This document shows positions 1 through 9,812 of a stretch of 64,000 nt of DNA, piece by piece (position 1 is the first letter of the stretch; every line of letters starts with the position of its first letter). Below the pieces are notes generated by a model, which did no database searches, was not told the origin of the DNA, and worked only from the letters and a program-made list of their open reading frames with translations. The position numbers and the translations under genes were made by a program. Origin of the DNA: Candidatus Omnitrophota bacterium (GTDB lineage: Bacteria > Omnitrophota > Gorgyraeia > Zapsychrales > Zapsychraceae); the NCBI GenBank assembly GCA_023247445.1, contig JAHFGL010000003.1, positions 78,128-142,127 of the forward strand. Direction: 5' to 3'.

Positions 1-1152
1 CACAAAAAAGTTGATCTGATCACCCTTTCTGATAAATTAAGAAACGATGGCGTTTTGGAGCAAATTGGCGGAGTTACCTACATCTCAATGCTCATTGATT
101 CGGTGCCCACCTCAGCCAATGTGGAGCATTATGCTCGCATTGTTAAGGAAAAGGGGATTCTTCGTAAACTGATTCAGAATGCGACGCAGATTATTAGTGA
201 AAGTTATGATGCACAAGGCAACAGCGAAGATGTTGTTGATACCGCTGAACGATTGATTTTTGAGGTCGCCGATTTAAAACAAAAACAACAATCGTTTCAT
301 ATTAAAGATTTGGTCAAAGATGGTATTGAAACCATTGATAAGCTTTATCAGCGCAAGCAACATATTACTGGGATCCCGACGGGTTTTGCTGAGTTTGACA
401 AAATGACGTCAGGGCTTCAAAAATCTGATTTGATTATTATTGCCGGCCGACCTTCCATGGGAAAAAGTGCCTTTGCTGTCTCCATTGGCGAAAATGTCGG
501 GGTTAAAAGTAAAATGGGTGTTGCTATTTTTAGCCTGGAGATGTCAAAGGAGCAATTGGTTCAGCGTATGTTGTGCTCACAGGCACGTATTGATGCTCAC
601 AAACTTAGGTCAGGTTACTTAGCTTCTTCAGATTGGCCTCTATTAACAAAGGCGGCGGGAAAGTTATCGGAATCACCAATTATTATTGATGATACGCCAG
701 CGATTTCGGTTTTGGAACTGCGCGCTAAAGCAAGACGTTTGAAAGCTAACCACGATATTCAATTAATTATCCTTGATTATTTGCAGCTGATGCGAAGCTC
801 ATCTAAAAGTGAAAGTCGTCAGCAAGAAATTTCAGAAATATCACGATCGCTTAAAGCTTTGTCACGTGAGTTAAGTATTCCAATTATCGCGTTAAGTCAA
901 TTATCTCGCGCGGTTGAATCTCGGCAAGATCATCGCCCACAACTTTCTGACTTGCGCGAATCCGGTGCTATTGAACAAGATGCTGATGTGGTTGTTCTTT
1001 TAATGCGTGAAGAATATTATAATCCGACGGAAGAAAACAAAGGGATCGCCGATATTATTATTGCCAAGCAACGTAACGGTCCTGTAGGAACGATGAAACT
1101 CGCGTTTGTCAAAGAGTTTATGAGTTTTGAAAATCTTGCATATGTTAATTGA
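1..1152 (+). CDS. dnaB: Replicative DNA helicase DnaB (5'-partial; N-terminus lies outside the window).
   Basis: The reading frame is open from base 1 (HKKVDLITLSDKLRNDGVLEQIGG...). Walker A GRPSMGKSAF and the RecA-like C-terminal domain motifs (IIIDD, DYLQLM, QLSR) are present. Confidence 0.9.
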   Translation, partial: HKKVDLITLSDKLRNDGVLEQIGGVTYISMLIDSVPTSANVEHYARIVKEKGILRKLIQNATQIISESYDAQGNSEDVVDTAERLIFEVADLKQKQQSFHIKDLVKDGIETIDKLYQRKQHITGIPTGFAEFDKMTSGLQKSDLIIIAGRPSMGKSAFAVSIGENVGVKSKMGVAIFSLEMSKEQLVQRMLCSQARIDAHKLRSGYLASSDWPLLTKAAGKLSESPIIIDDTPAISVLELRAKARRLKANHDIQLIILDYLQLMRSSSKSESRQQEISEISRSLKALSRELSIPIIALSQLSRAVESRQDHRPQLSDLRESGAIEQDADVVVLLMREEYYNPTEENKGIADIIIAKQRNGPVGTMKLAFVKEFMSFENLAYVN

Positions 1153-1203
1153 CATGATCTTTTCTTAAACGTATAATCAGTCCAATTAAATCCTAAAAAT
1201 AAT

Positions 1204-3534
1204 ATGAAAAATATATTTCGACATCTTTTACCAATTATTCTCTGCGTTAGTTTAGTATCTCTTCCCAAGCATGTCTTTGCTCAAGTCACTGAAGAACCCG
1301 TTGTTGTAGAATCCGAAACAAAAATTGTTAAGGCCATTGATATCCAAGGGAATAAAACCATTAGCGTCGCTACAATTCTTGCAAAAATTAAAACTCGTGT
1401 AGGACAGGAATATCTGCAAACAGTTATCAGCGATGATCTTAAACGTTTGTATAACACGGGCTATTTTTCAGATGTTCGGGTTGACCGAAAAGATCAAGAC
1501 GGCGGACTCAAAGTCATTATCTATGTTGAAGAAAAATCTATTGTCGAGGAAATTACATTCTCTAAACTGCGTTATTATAATTCCAAGTCGTTACTTAAAA
1601 AATTAAAATCTCAAGTAGGAAAATTTTTAGATAATAAATCTTTGCAGGATGATATTCAGACGATTAAAGACCTTTATACTCAAAAAGGACTGACAAAGGT
1701 GGATGTGGATGTCGAGAAGTTTGTTGATGAGGTGACCAATAAGGTGAGTTTGCATTTTGTTGTTAAGGAAGGTAATAGAGTAAGAATCACAAAGATCAAT
1801 GTCTATGGCAATACAGCCTTTAATGACAAAAAGATTTTGAAGGTAATTAAAACCAGAGCCAAGTTTTTCATTAACTCAGGGTATCTTAAAGAAGATGTGT
1901 TGGATGAGGATAAAGAGCGCATTGTTTCTTTTTATGAGCAACAGGGATTTATTGATGCAAAAGTTGAATATACCGTTGATCCAACCTATAAAGGTAACGT
2001 TGAAATCAATTTTCAGATTGAGGAAGGTAAACGATATTCTGTGGGCAGCGTTATTTTAGAGGGAAATGAAATTGTTTCGCAGCGCGAAATTCAAAAAGCA
2101 ATGGAGAATATTAAGGAAGGCAATGTTTTTAGTCGCCAAAAATTGTCTGTTGATATTAGTAATGTCCGTACGTTATATTTTGATCGCGGTTATATCTTCG
2201 CTAATCTTCATGACTCCACATCGTTAGATCCAGAAACAGGTAAAGTTGAAGTCCAGATTAAGATAGAGGAAGGCGGCCCAGCTTATATTGAGAAAGTTAA
2301 AATTCAGGGGAATACCCGTACACGTGATATTGTTATTCGTCGAGAATTAAAGATGTTTCCTGGGGATCGTTTTGATGGACTTAAGTTGCGACGCAGTAAA
2401 GAAAAGTTAACCGATTTAGGATATTTTGAGGATGTTAATTTTGATATTGAGGATACAGCGACACCCGATCGAAAAGATTTAGTTGTTCAAGTTAAAGAGG
2501 CGAAAACAGGGACATTTAGTTTTGGTGGTGGTTTTAGTACGGTTGATCAGGTCATCGGTTTCGTCGAAGTTGAACAACGTAATTTTGATTTTGCCAATTG
2601 GCCTACCTTTACGGGTGGTGGTCAGCATCTTTCTTTGCGGGCTGAGACAGGGTCAACACGAAATAATGTCCAGTTAAGCTTTACTGAACCGTGGATTTTT
2701 GATCATCCTGTTTCTGGGGGATTTGATATTTATAAATCGTCACGTGAGCGTAGTTCGGATACGGGTTATGCCTATGATGAGGAGAGATTAGGCGGCGTTT
2801 TACGGTTTGGTAAACAATTTTCGGAATATATTGCTGGGGGAGTTTCTTATAAAAATGAAAGAGTAAAGATTGATAATTTTGAAGATAATGTTTCAGCTTC
2901 TTTAGCTGCTGAAGAGGGAACAAATACATTAAGTACGGTAGGTTTTAGTCTTACGCGAGACACGCGTGATAGTAAGATTAATCCGACAAAAGGACTTTAT
3001 CTCGAAGGAGATTTGGATGTTGCGGGTGGCGTTTTGGCCGGAGATAAAGATTTTGTCAGAACCCAGGGGAAGGCCAGTTATAATGTACCTCTCGCTTATA
3101 AATCAGTATTAGAAATGCGATTACGAGCAGGGGTTGTGAATGCTTACGGTGATTCCGATACGGTTCCTATTTTTGAGCGTTTTTATGCGGGTGGTGCTCG
3201 AACAATTCGCGGATATAACGAGCGCAAGGTTGGACCTTTAGATAGTGTAACGGGAGGGGCTATTGGAGGGGAAAGCATGGTCGTTGGAAATGTCGAATAC
3301 ACGATCCCCGTTATTGATTTTATTAAATTAGCGGCATTTTTTGATACTGGAAATGTTTGGGAAAATGCAGATGAATTAGGTCAAGGGGATATTAAATCAG
3401 GCACAGGTCTTGGTTTAAGAGTTAAAACACCTATTGGTCCTGTGAATCTTGATTATGGTTATCCGTTAAATGATGAACCAGGTGAAACCAGCAGAAGCGG
3501 CAAGTTTTATTTTAGTGTCAGTCGAGGATTTTAA
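1204..3534 (+). CDS. bamA: Outer membrane protein assembly factor BamA (Omp85 family).
   Basis: 776 aa with a signal peptide, repeated POTRA-like modules, a C-terminal beta-barrel and a terminal aromatic residue (..SRGF). It sits in the classic bamA-skp-lpxD context. Confidence 0.85.
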   Translation: MKNIFRHLLPIILCVSLVSLPKHVFAQVTEEPVVVESETKIVKAIDIQGNKTISVATILAKIKTRVGQEYLQTVISDDLKRLYNTGYFSDVRVDRKDQDGGLKVIIYVEEKSIVEEITFSKLRYYNSKSLLKKLKSQVGKFLDNKSLQDDIQTIKDLYTQKGLTKVDVDVEKFVDEVTNKVSLHFVVKEGNRVRITKINVYGNTAFNDKKILKVIKTRAKFFINSGYLKEDVLDEDKERIVSFYEQQGFIDAKVEYTVDPTYKGNVEINFQIEEGKRYSVGSVILEGNEIVSQREIQKAMENIKEGNVFSRQKLSVDISNVRTLYFDRGYIFANLHDSTSLDPETGKVEVQIKIEEGGPAYIEKVKIQGNTRTRDIVIRRELKMFPGDRFDGLKLRRSKEKLTDLGYFEDVNFDIEDTATPDRKDLVVQVKEAKTGTFSFGGGFSTVDQVIGFVEVEQRNFDFANWPTFTGGGQHLSLRAETGSTRNNVQLSFTEPWIFDHPVSGGFDIYKSSRERSSDTGYAYDEERLGGVLRFGKQFSEYIAGGVSYKNERVKIDNFEDNVSASLAAEEGTNTLSTVGFSLTRDTRDSKINPTKGLYLEGDLDVAGGVLAGDKDFVRTQGKASYNVPLAYKSVLEMRLRAGVVNAYGDSDTVPIFERFYAGGARTIRGYNERKVGPLDSVTGGAIGGESMVVGNVEYTIPVIDFIKLAAFFDTGNVWENADELGQGDIKSGTGLGLRVKTPIGPVNLDYGYPLNDEPGETSRSGKFYFSVSRGF

Positions 3535-3610
3535 AAAAATTTAACAATCAATAAATATTATTAGAATATTATTCTGATAATATGTCACATGAATAAAGGA
3601 GGAGAATATC

Positions 3611-4141
3611 ATGAGTAAGTTTCGAACATTAATGATTTCTATTTTTGCCGTCGTTTTATTAGCCAGCGTGTCTTATGCGGCTGATTTGAAGATAGGGTAT
3701 GTTGATTTAAGTCGAGTTTTTGATGAGTACCATAAGACTAAGGATTACGACAAAGTTTTAGAAGCAAAGAGTAAGGATTTTGAAAAAGAACGTAATGATA
3801 AGATTGAAAAAGTCAAAGAACAACAAGCCAAATTAGGTTTGTTAGCGGAAGATAAAAAAGCTCCTGTTGAACAAGAAATTGAAAAGTTGAAGACGGATTT
3901 ATTAGAATTTGACCGTCAGAAAAAAACAGACCTAACCAAAGAACGTAATGAGAAAATTCGTGAAATTCTTTTAGAGATCGAAAAAATTGTTAGCGGTTAT
4001 GCTGAAAAAGAAGGGTATACGCTCATTTTAAATGATCGTGTTTTGATTTATGGAGCTCAGACGCTTGATTTAACAGAAAAAGTGATGAAGCTCTTAAATG
4101 AAAATAAACCGGCCGACGACAAAAAAGCTGACAAGAAGTAA
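3611..4141 (+). CDS. skp: Periplasmic chaperone Skp/OmpH.
   Basis: 176 aa with a signal peptide and a coiled-coil K/E-rich body. It lies between bamA and lpxD as in most diderms. Confidence 0.75.
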   Translation: MSKFRTLMISIFAVVLLASVSYAADLKIGYVDLSRVFDEYHKTKDYDKVLEAKSKDFEKERNDKIEKVKEQQAKLGLLAEDKKAPVEQEIEKLKTDLLEFDRQKKTDLTKERNEKIREILLEIEKIVSGYAEKEGYTLILNDRVLIYGAQTLDLTEKVMKLLNENKPADDKKADKK

Positions 4142-4153
4142 TTTAGGTGTTGA

Positions 4154-5194
4154 ATGCGAAAAACCTTAGCCGAAATAGCAAAAGTCGTTAAAGGCGAGGT
4201 TGTCGGTGACAAAGCTATAGTCATCACTGGGCTAAGTGGTCTTGAGGAAGCTCAAGAAGGTGATTTAACATTTGTTATTAGTTCTAAATATTTTTCTTTA
4301 GCCCAGAAGACAAAAGCTTCTGCAATTTTAGCTCCTCGTAGCCTAAAAATTCCTGGCAAATCTATTATCTACACAGATAATCCTTCCTTTGCTTTTGGTG
4401 AAGTTGCCTCGATGATAACGGATGATGAAACTCATCGTATTAAGGGAATCCATTCCTCGGCTCTTATATCCAAAAATGTATCTCTTGGAAAAAATGTAGC
4501 CATTGGTCCATATGTCGTGATCGAAGAAGATACAGAGATCGGTGACAACACGATCATCTGTGCAGGGAGTTTTATTGGGCATCATGCAAAAATAGGCAAG
4601 GATTGTTTTATTTTTCCTCAGGTTATGATTCGCGATGGTTCGATGATTGGTGATCGCGTCATGATCCATAGTGGAACAGTGATTGGCTCTGATGGGTTTG
4701 GTTTTGAACAAGTTAAAGGTGTTCACAAGAAAATTCCGCAAATTGGTATTGTTGTTATTGAAGATGATGTTGAGATTGGTTCCAATGTCTGTATCGATCG
4801 AGCGCGGTTTAATAAAACAGTAATCGGCAAAGGAACAAAAATTGATAATTTAGTTCAGATTGGACACAATGTTGTTATTGGGGAAAATTGTATTATTATT
4901 TCGCAAGTTGGAATATCGGGAAGTACTATAATAGAAAAAAATTGTATTTTTGCCGGGCAAGTCGGAGTTGTCGGTCATATTAAAGTTGGCGAAGGGACTG
5001 TCGTTATGTCGCAATCTTGTCTGATGAAATCGACAACCCCCAACAGTAAGGTTTTTGGTTATCCTGCTAAGCCACACTTGCAAGCAAAGAAAATTAATGC
5101 TCATTTACAGCGGCTTCCCATTTATGTTAATAAAATTCAAGAGCTAGAAAAGAAAATTGAAATGCTAGAGTCGAAGTTTAAGGATAGGAAATAA
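4154..5194 (+). CDS. lpxD: UDP-3-O-acylglucosamine N-acyltransferase LpxD.
   Basis: 346 aa with left-handed beta-helix hexapeptide repeats (IGxxxxIG...). Its position is between skp and lpxC/fabZ. Confidence 0.85.
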   Translation: MRKTLAEIAKVVKGEVVGDKAIVITGLSGLEEAQEGDLTFVISSKYFSLAQKTKASAILAPRSLKIPGKSIIYTDNPSFAFGEVASMITDDETHRIKGIHSSALISKNVSLGKNVAIGPYVVIEEDTEIGDNTIICAGSFIGHHAKIGKDCFIFPQVMIRDGSMIGDRVMIHSGTVIGSDGFGFEQVKGVHKKIPQIGIVVIEDDVEIGSNVCIDRARFNKTVIGKGTKIDNLVQIGHNVVIGENCIIISQVGISGSTIIEKNCIFAGQVGVVGHIKVGEGTVVMSQSCLMKSTTPNSKVFGYPAKPHLQAKKINAHLQRLPIYVNKIQELEKKIEMLESKFKDRK

Positions 5195-6538
5195 ATGTCT
5201 TTATTGGGTGAGAAACAAAAAACAATTAAGGAAGAATGTCGTGTCTCGGGTGTTGGTCTACATACTGGGTCGTCGGTAAATGTTGTCTTTAAACCTTCCG
5301 CAGAGAACACGGGAATTAATTTTATCCGTGTTGATCTTCCATCGCGTCCCGTGATTAAGGCGGACCCTGCCCATGTTTTAGTCGAAACGCCTGTACCACG
5401 TTGCACGACCATTAGTTATGATGGGGCAATGATTCATACCGTTGAGCATTTAATGAGTGTTTTGCGTGGTTTGGGAATTACGAATTTATTGATTGAGTTA
5501 GATGGCAATGAGTTGCCTGGCTTAGATGGCAGCGGGGCTGATTATTTAAATTTATTTAAAAAAGCAGGGATTAAAGAACAAGAGGCTCAGGCCCCATTTT
5601 ATAGGATTCAAGAACCAATTGGCGTAGAGTTGAGCGGTTCCTCCATTTATGTTTTTCCCTCGGATGAATTAAAAATTTCGTATTTACTCGATTATCCGCA
5701 TAATATGTTACGGTCACAATATTTTAATATCACGATTGATCCAACAATTTTTGAACGTGAGATTGCTCCCTGTCGAACATTTTGTTTAGAGAGCGAGGCC
5801 AATGAGTTAAAAGCTGGAGGGTTGGGCAAAGGCGCTAATTTTAAGAACACTCTGGTTGTTGGCCCAGGAGGCGTTATCGACAATCAACTCCGCTTCCCTG
5901 ATGAATTTGCCCGTCATAAAATATTGGATTTTATTGGAGATTTGTATCTGCTGGGAATGCCGATTCGTGGACATGTGTTTGCCGTTAAAAGTGGACACGC
6001 TTTAAATCTGCGACTTTTAAAGAAAATTGTTGAGCAAAAAGAGAAATATTCGCGTAAAGGAATCGTGGTTGGATATGATATTGGTGATAAAAAAGAGATC
6101 GATATCAGTGATATCATGAAAATCTTACCGCATCGTTACCCGTTTTTGTTGGTGGATCGAGTCATTGAGATTGAAAAGGGGAAAAAGGGTATAGGGATTA
6201 AAAATGTTACAATTAATGACAGTTATTTTCAGGGGCATTTCCCAACGCGGCCCATTATGCCTGGGGTTTTGATGATCGAAGCGATGGCCCAGACCGGCGG
6301 GGTTGTTGTCTTGACGAATGAAGATCATCGTGGTAAAGTAGCGTTCTTTATGGCCACCGATAATGTGAAATTTCGTAAAGTGGTCACGCCGGGCGATCAA
6401 CTGATGATGGAGGTCGAAGTTGTGAAAGATAGAACTAAGATTGCCCAAGTTCATGCCGTAGGGAAAGTTAATGGTGAAGTTGTGGTTGAGGCCGATATGA
6501 TTTTTTCCTTCACTGATGCTTCTTATTTAGATTTATAA
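5195..6538 (+). CDS. lpxC/fabZ: Bifunctional UDP-3-O-acyl-GlcNAc deacetylase / 3-hydroxyacyl-ACP dehydratase (LpxC-FabZ fusion).
   Basis: 447 aa. The N-terminal ~280 aa carry an LpxC-like fold (GVGLHTG, HTVEHL). The C-terminal ~150 aa are a FabZ hotdog domain (LPHRYPFLLVDRV..., MPGVLMIEAMAQ). Confidence 0.85.
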   Translation: MSLLGEKQKTIKEECRVSGVGLHTGSSVNVVFKPSAENTGINFIRVDLPSRPVIKADPAHVLVETPVPRCTTISYDGAMIHTVEHLMSVLRGLGITNLLIELDGNELPGLDGSGADYLNLFKKAGIKEQEAQAPFYRIQEPIGVELSGSSIYVFPSDELKISYLLDYPHNMLRSQYFNITIDPTIFEREIAPCRTFCLESEANELKAGGLGKGANFKNTLVVGPGGVIDNQLRFPDEFARHKILDFIGDLYLLGMPIRGHVFAVKSGHALNLRLLKKIVEQKEKYSRKGIVVGYDIGDKKEIDISDIMKILPHRYPFLLVDRVIEIEKGKKGIGIKNVTINDSYFQGHFPTRPIMPGVLMIEAMAQTGGVVVLTNEDHRGKVAFFMATDNVKFRKVVTPGDQLMMEVEVVKDRTKIAQVHAVGKVNGEVVVEADMIFSFTDASYLDL

Positions 6539-6582
6539 AAAAGTTATTGTTTATCAATCGTCCTCGTTTAGAATAGGGTTAT

Positions 6583-7368
6583 ATGGAAAATTTAAATATT
6601 CATAAAACTGCTGTTGTTGATCGAGCCGCAAAATTATCTCCGGGCGTCAGCGTCGGCCCATATTCGATTATTGATGGTGGGGTTACAATTGGTGATAATG
6701 TCCGCATTGGGGCCCATTGTGTCATTACTGGACAAACAACCATTGGTCGCAATTGCAAAATTTATACTGGAGCCGTCATTGGCAGTGCCCCGCAAGATAG
6801 GAAATTTTCTGCGGATGACAACGTATTTTTAAATATTGGCGAAAATAATATTATTCGTGAATATGTGACAATGAATCCGGGAACGCTTGAGGGTGGTAGT
6901 AAGACAGTGGTTGGAAACGATAATTTAATTATGGCGTATTCACATGTCGCTCATGATTGTGTAATTGGTAACAACTGCGTGATGGCTAATGCGGCAACGC
7001 TCGCTGGGCATGTGACACTTGAAGATAGCGCGGTTGTTGGGGGATTAAGTGCTGTTCATCAATTTGTTCGCGTAGGTCGTTTATCGATTGTTGGTGGATG
7101 CTCAAAAGTTGTCCAGGATATTCCTCCATTCTCCATGAGTGATGGACATCCAGCCCAAGTGCATGGTTTAAACTTAGTTGGTTTAAGACGAGCCCACTTT
7201 ATGAAGGAAACAATTAAATCTCTTAAACACGCATTTAAAATATTATTTTTCTCCGGCCTTGCTAAAACCCATGCTTTAGAACAAATCGTCAGCGAAATTC
7301 CTTCATCTCCAGAGATTGAGCATCTTGTATTTTTTGCTAAAACTTCTGAACGAGGACTTTGCAGTTAA
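6583..7368 (+). CDS. lpxA: Acyl-ACP--UDP-GlcNAc O-acyltransferase LpxA.
   Basis: 261 aa with hexapeptide repeats and the LpxA C-terminal helical region. Confidence 0.85.
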   Translation: MENLNIHKTAVVDRAAKLSPGVSVGPYSIIDGGVTIGDNVRIGAHCVITGQTTIGRNCKIYTGAVIGSAPQDRKFSADDNVFLNIGENNIIREYVTMNPGTLEGGSKTVVGNDNLIMAYSHVAHDCVIGNNCVMANAATLAGHVTLEDSAVVGGLSAVHQFVRVGRLSIVGGCSKVVQDIPPFSMSDGHPAQVHGLNLVGLRRAHFMKETIKSLKHAFKILFFSGLAKTHALEQIVSEIPSSPEIEHLVFFAKTSERGLCS

Positions 7369-7407
7369 TCAGTTCTCGATACACAAATTAATAGCAAACA
7401 GCTAAGT

Positions 7408-8217
7408 ATGTCAAGTCAACTTCTCGGACTTATCGCCGGAAACGGCAAATTTCCCATTCTTTTCGCCCAGAAAGCAAAATCAAAAAATTACAAGATAGTT
7501 GCCGCAGGCATTAAAGGTGATACGTCATTTCTTTTGAAATTTTTTGTTGATGAATTGGTTTGGTTTAGAGTCGGGGAACTCAAAAAACTTTTTTCTTTTT
7601 TTAAAGAAAGAGGTGTTGGCAAGGTGATTATGGCTGGGCAAGTAAATCCTGATAATTTGTTTGAACAAAATGTTAAATTTGATGAAGAGTTTCAAAAATT
7701 ATTTGATGCTATCAAAGATCGTAAGGCTGATACAATTTTTAGCGCTATTGCCGACAAATTAAAACAACAAAACATGGAGCTCGTTGATTCAACCTTTTTA
7801 CTTGAGGATTATTTGGCGCCAAAGGGAACGTTAACCAAGCGCGGTCCAACGCTTAAGGAGTTAGAAGATATTGAATTTGGTCGAACAATCGCCAAAGCCA
7901 TGGGCGGCCTTGATGTTGGCCAGACCGTTGTAATTAAAGAGAAAGCGATTGTGGCGATCGAAGCGATGGAGGGAACGGATCGCACCATTGACCGCGGGGG
8001 GCGCATCGCCCGAACAGGCGCGGTTGTCGTTAAAATGAGTAAACCAAATCAAGACTTGCGTTTTGATATCCCTGTCATTGGCCCACGTACAATTGAAACC
8101 ATGATCAAGTCAAAAGCCCAGTGCCTTGCCATTGAAGCTGGAAAAACTTTAATTATTGAACGTCCAAAATGCCTTAAGCTTGCCAATCGATTTGGCATTT
8201 GCATTGTTTCTTCTTAG
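7408..8217 (+). CDS. lpxI: UDP-2,3-diacylglucosamine hydrolase LpxI (DUF1009 family).
   Basis: 269 aa. LGLIAGNGKFP at the N-terminus and MGGLDVGQTVV...IEAMEGTD motifs are typical of LpxI. It lies directly after lpxA. Confidence 0.6.
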   Translation: MSSQLLGLIAGNGKFPILFAQKAKSKNYKIVAAGIKGDTSFLLKFFVDELVWFRVGELKKLFSFFKERGVGKVIMAGQVNPDNLFEQNVKFDEEFQKLFDAIKDRKADTIFSAIADKLKQQNMELVDSTFLLEDYLAPKGTLTKRGPTLKELEDIEFGRTIAKAMGGLDVGQTVVIKEKAIVAIEAMEGTDRTIDRGGRIARTGAVVVKMSKPNQDLRFDIPVIGPRTIETMIKSKAQCLAIEAGKTLIIERPKCLKLANRFGICIVSS

Positions 8218-8262
8218 TCCTAAAAAAATCATTTCTCGCCGATAAAACGAGCCCTCTTTTGA

Positions 8263-8291
8263 TTGACACTACCTAGCTTTTTCTATATAAT
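8263..8291 (+). promoter_or_regulatory. Consensus sigma70-type promoter upstream of lysS.
   Basis: TTGACA (8263-8268), a 17-nt spacer, then TATAAT (8286-8291), about 45 nt ahead of the lysS start. Confidence 0.55.
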
Positions 8292-8337
8292 CAAGTTCAA
8301 TATTTTATAATAATATTATTAATTAAGGATAGTTTTC

Positions 8338-9810
8338 ATGGAAGTTGAAGAAATTAAAAGAGTTAGGTTAGAAAAATTACAGCATTTACGAGCGCAAGGA
8401 ATTTATCCGTATGGGGGGAAGTTTGACTTCACCACATCCATTGCGGATGCGCTCGCCAATTTTCAGGAAGGTAAAGAGATTATTGTAGCCGGCCGTATCC
8501 TGGCCAATCGCAGCCACGGGAAAGTTGTTTTTATTGATTTGATGGATCAAACCGGCAAGATGCAGCTTTTTATTAAGCATGAAGTTATTGGTGAGAAATT
8601 ATTTAATCTTTGTAAAGATTTAGATATCGGCGATATTATTGGCGTTAAGGGACCGCTTTTTACGACTAAGACTGGCCAGCAAAGTGTGCGTGTGGCTGAC
8701 TTTAAACTTCTTTCTAAGTCGCTGATGTGTATGCCAGAAAAATGGCATGGGTTAAAGGATGTCGAGATCCGTTATCGTCAACGTTATTTGGATATGATCG
8801 CCAATCCAGAGGTTCGTAATCTTTTTATTAAGCGAAGCAAGATTGTCAGTTCCATTCGAGCGTTTTTAGACAAGCAAGGATTTCTCGAGGTGGAAACCCC
8901 GATGCTTCAACCAATGGCGGGTGGTGCGCGCGGTAGACCGTTTAAGAGTTTGCATAATGCATATGATATGGAAGTTTTTTTACGTATCGCGCCAGAATTA
9001 TATTTGAAAAGACTTTTGGTTGGCGGCTTGGAACGTATTTATGAAATTAATCGTAACTTTCGTAATGAAGGAATCTCGACGCGCCATAATCCTGAATTTA
9101 CGATGATTGAGGTTTATCAGGCTTATGGTGATTTTGAAGACATGATGAAGTTAACCGAAGAGATGATCAGTGGTCTGGCCAAAGAAATCACAGGATCTTA
9201 CAAAGTTGCGTATCAAGGACATGAAATTGATTTTACACCCCCCTGGGAACGCCGCTCGTTTGCAAAAGTGATCAAAGATAAATTTGATATCAATCCCGAG
9301 GATGATGCCAAGACGATGCTTGATAAAGTTAAAGCACGTAAAGGGGTGAAGGTAAAGATTGATAAGCTGACGCGTTCGGCGGTTATGAAGATCGTTGAGG
9401 ATTTACTCGAAGAGGAAAAGATTATCAATCCAGTTTTCTTTACGGATTATTTTACATTTTTGTGTCCACTGGCGAAAACATTGCCGGACAATCCAGCAAT
9501 TTCACAACGGTTTGAATGTTTTATTGCGGGGATGGAAATTGGCAATGCTTATTCCGAGCTTAATGATCCGATTGAACAGAGAAAGCGTTTAGAAGAAGAT
9601 TTGGAAGATGATGTCGAAACAGGCAACCGTGTTATTGATGAAGATTTCTTACATTCGCTTGAATATGGCATGCCACCGGCGGGTGGTTTGGGAATTGGGA
9701 TTGATCGATTGGTTATGCTTCTAACAGATTCAGCCTCGATTCGTGATGTCATTTTATTTCCGCTTCTTAAACCTCTTCAAGAGAAGAAAGAAAAAGAAGA
9801 TAACGTTTAA
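8338..9810 (+). CDS. lysS: Lysyl-tRNA synthetase (class II).
   Basis: 490 aa with an N-terminal OB anticodon-binding domain and class II motifs (FRNEG, GGLGIGIDR). Confidence 0.9.
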   Translation: MEVEEIKRVRLEKLQHLRAQGIYPYGGKFDFTTSIADALANFQEGKEIIVAGRILANRSHGKVVFIDLMDQTGKMQLFIKHEVIGEKLFNLCKDLDIGDIIGVKGPLFTTKTGQQSVRVADFKLLSKSLMCMPEKWHGLKDVEIRYRQRYLDMIANPEVRNLFIKRSKIVSSIRAFLDKQGFLEVETPMLQPMAGGARGRPFKSLHNAYDMEVFLRIAPELYLKRLLVGGLERIYEINRNFRNEGISTRHNPEFTMIEVYQAYGDFEDMMKLTEEMISGLAKEITGSYKVAYQGHEIDFTPPWERRSFAKVIKDKFDINPEDDAKTMLDKVKARKGVKVKIDKLTRSAVMKIVEDLLEEEKIINPVFFTDYFTFLCPLAKTLPDNPAISQRFECFIAGMEIGNAYSELNDPIEQRKRLEEDLEDDVETGNRVIDEDFLHSLEYGMPPAGGLGIGIDRLVMLLTDSASIRDVILFPLLKPLQEKKEKEDNV

Positions 9811-9812
9811 TC

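Noticed and set aside
440-622. 60-aa ORF inside dnaB, and many similar short internal or antisense ORFs from the six-frame track (for example 1017-1268, 2483-2677, 4343-4741, 14821-15135 and 30433-31127).
   Set aside because: Each is fully embedded in, or antisense to, a long, well-supported CDS and has no RBS or motif. They are out-of-frame artefacts.
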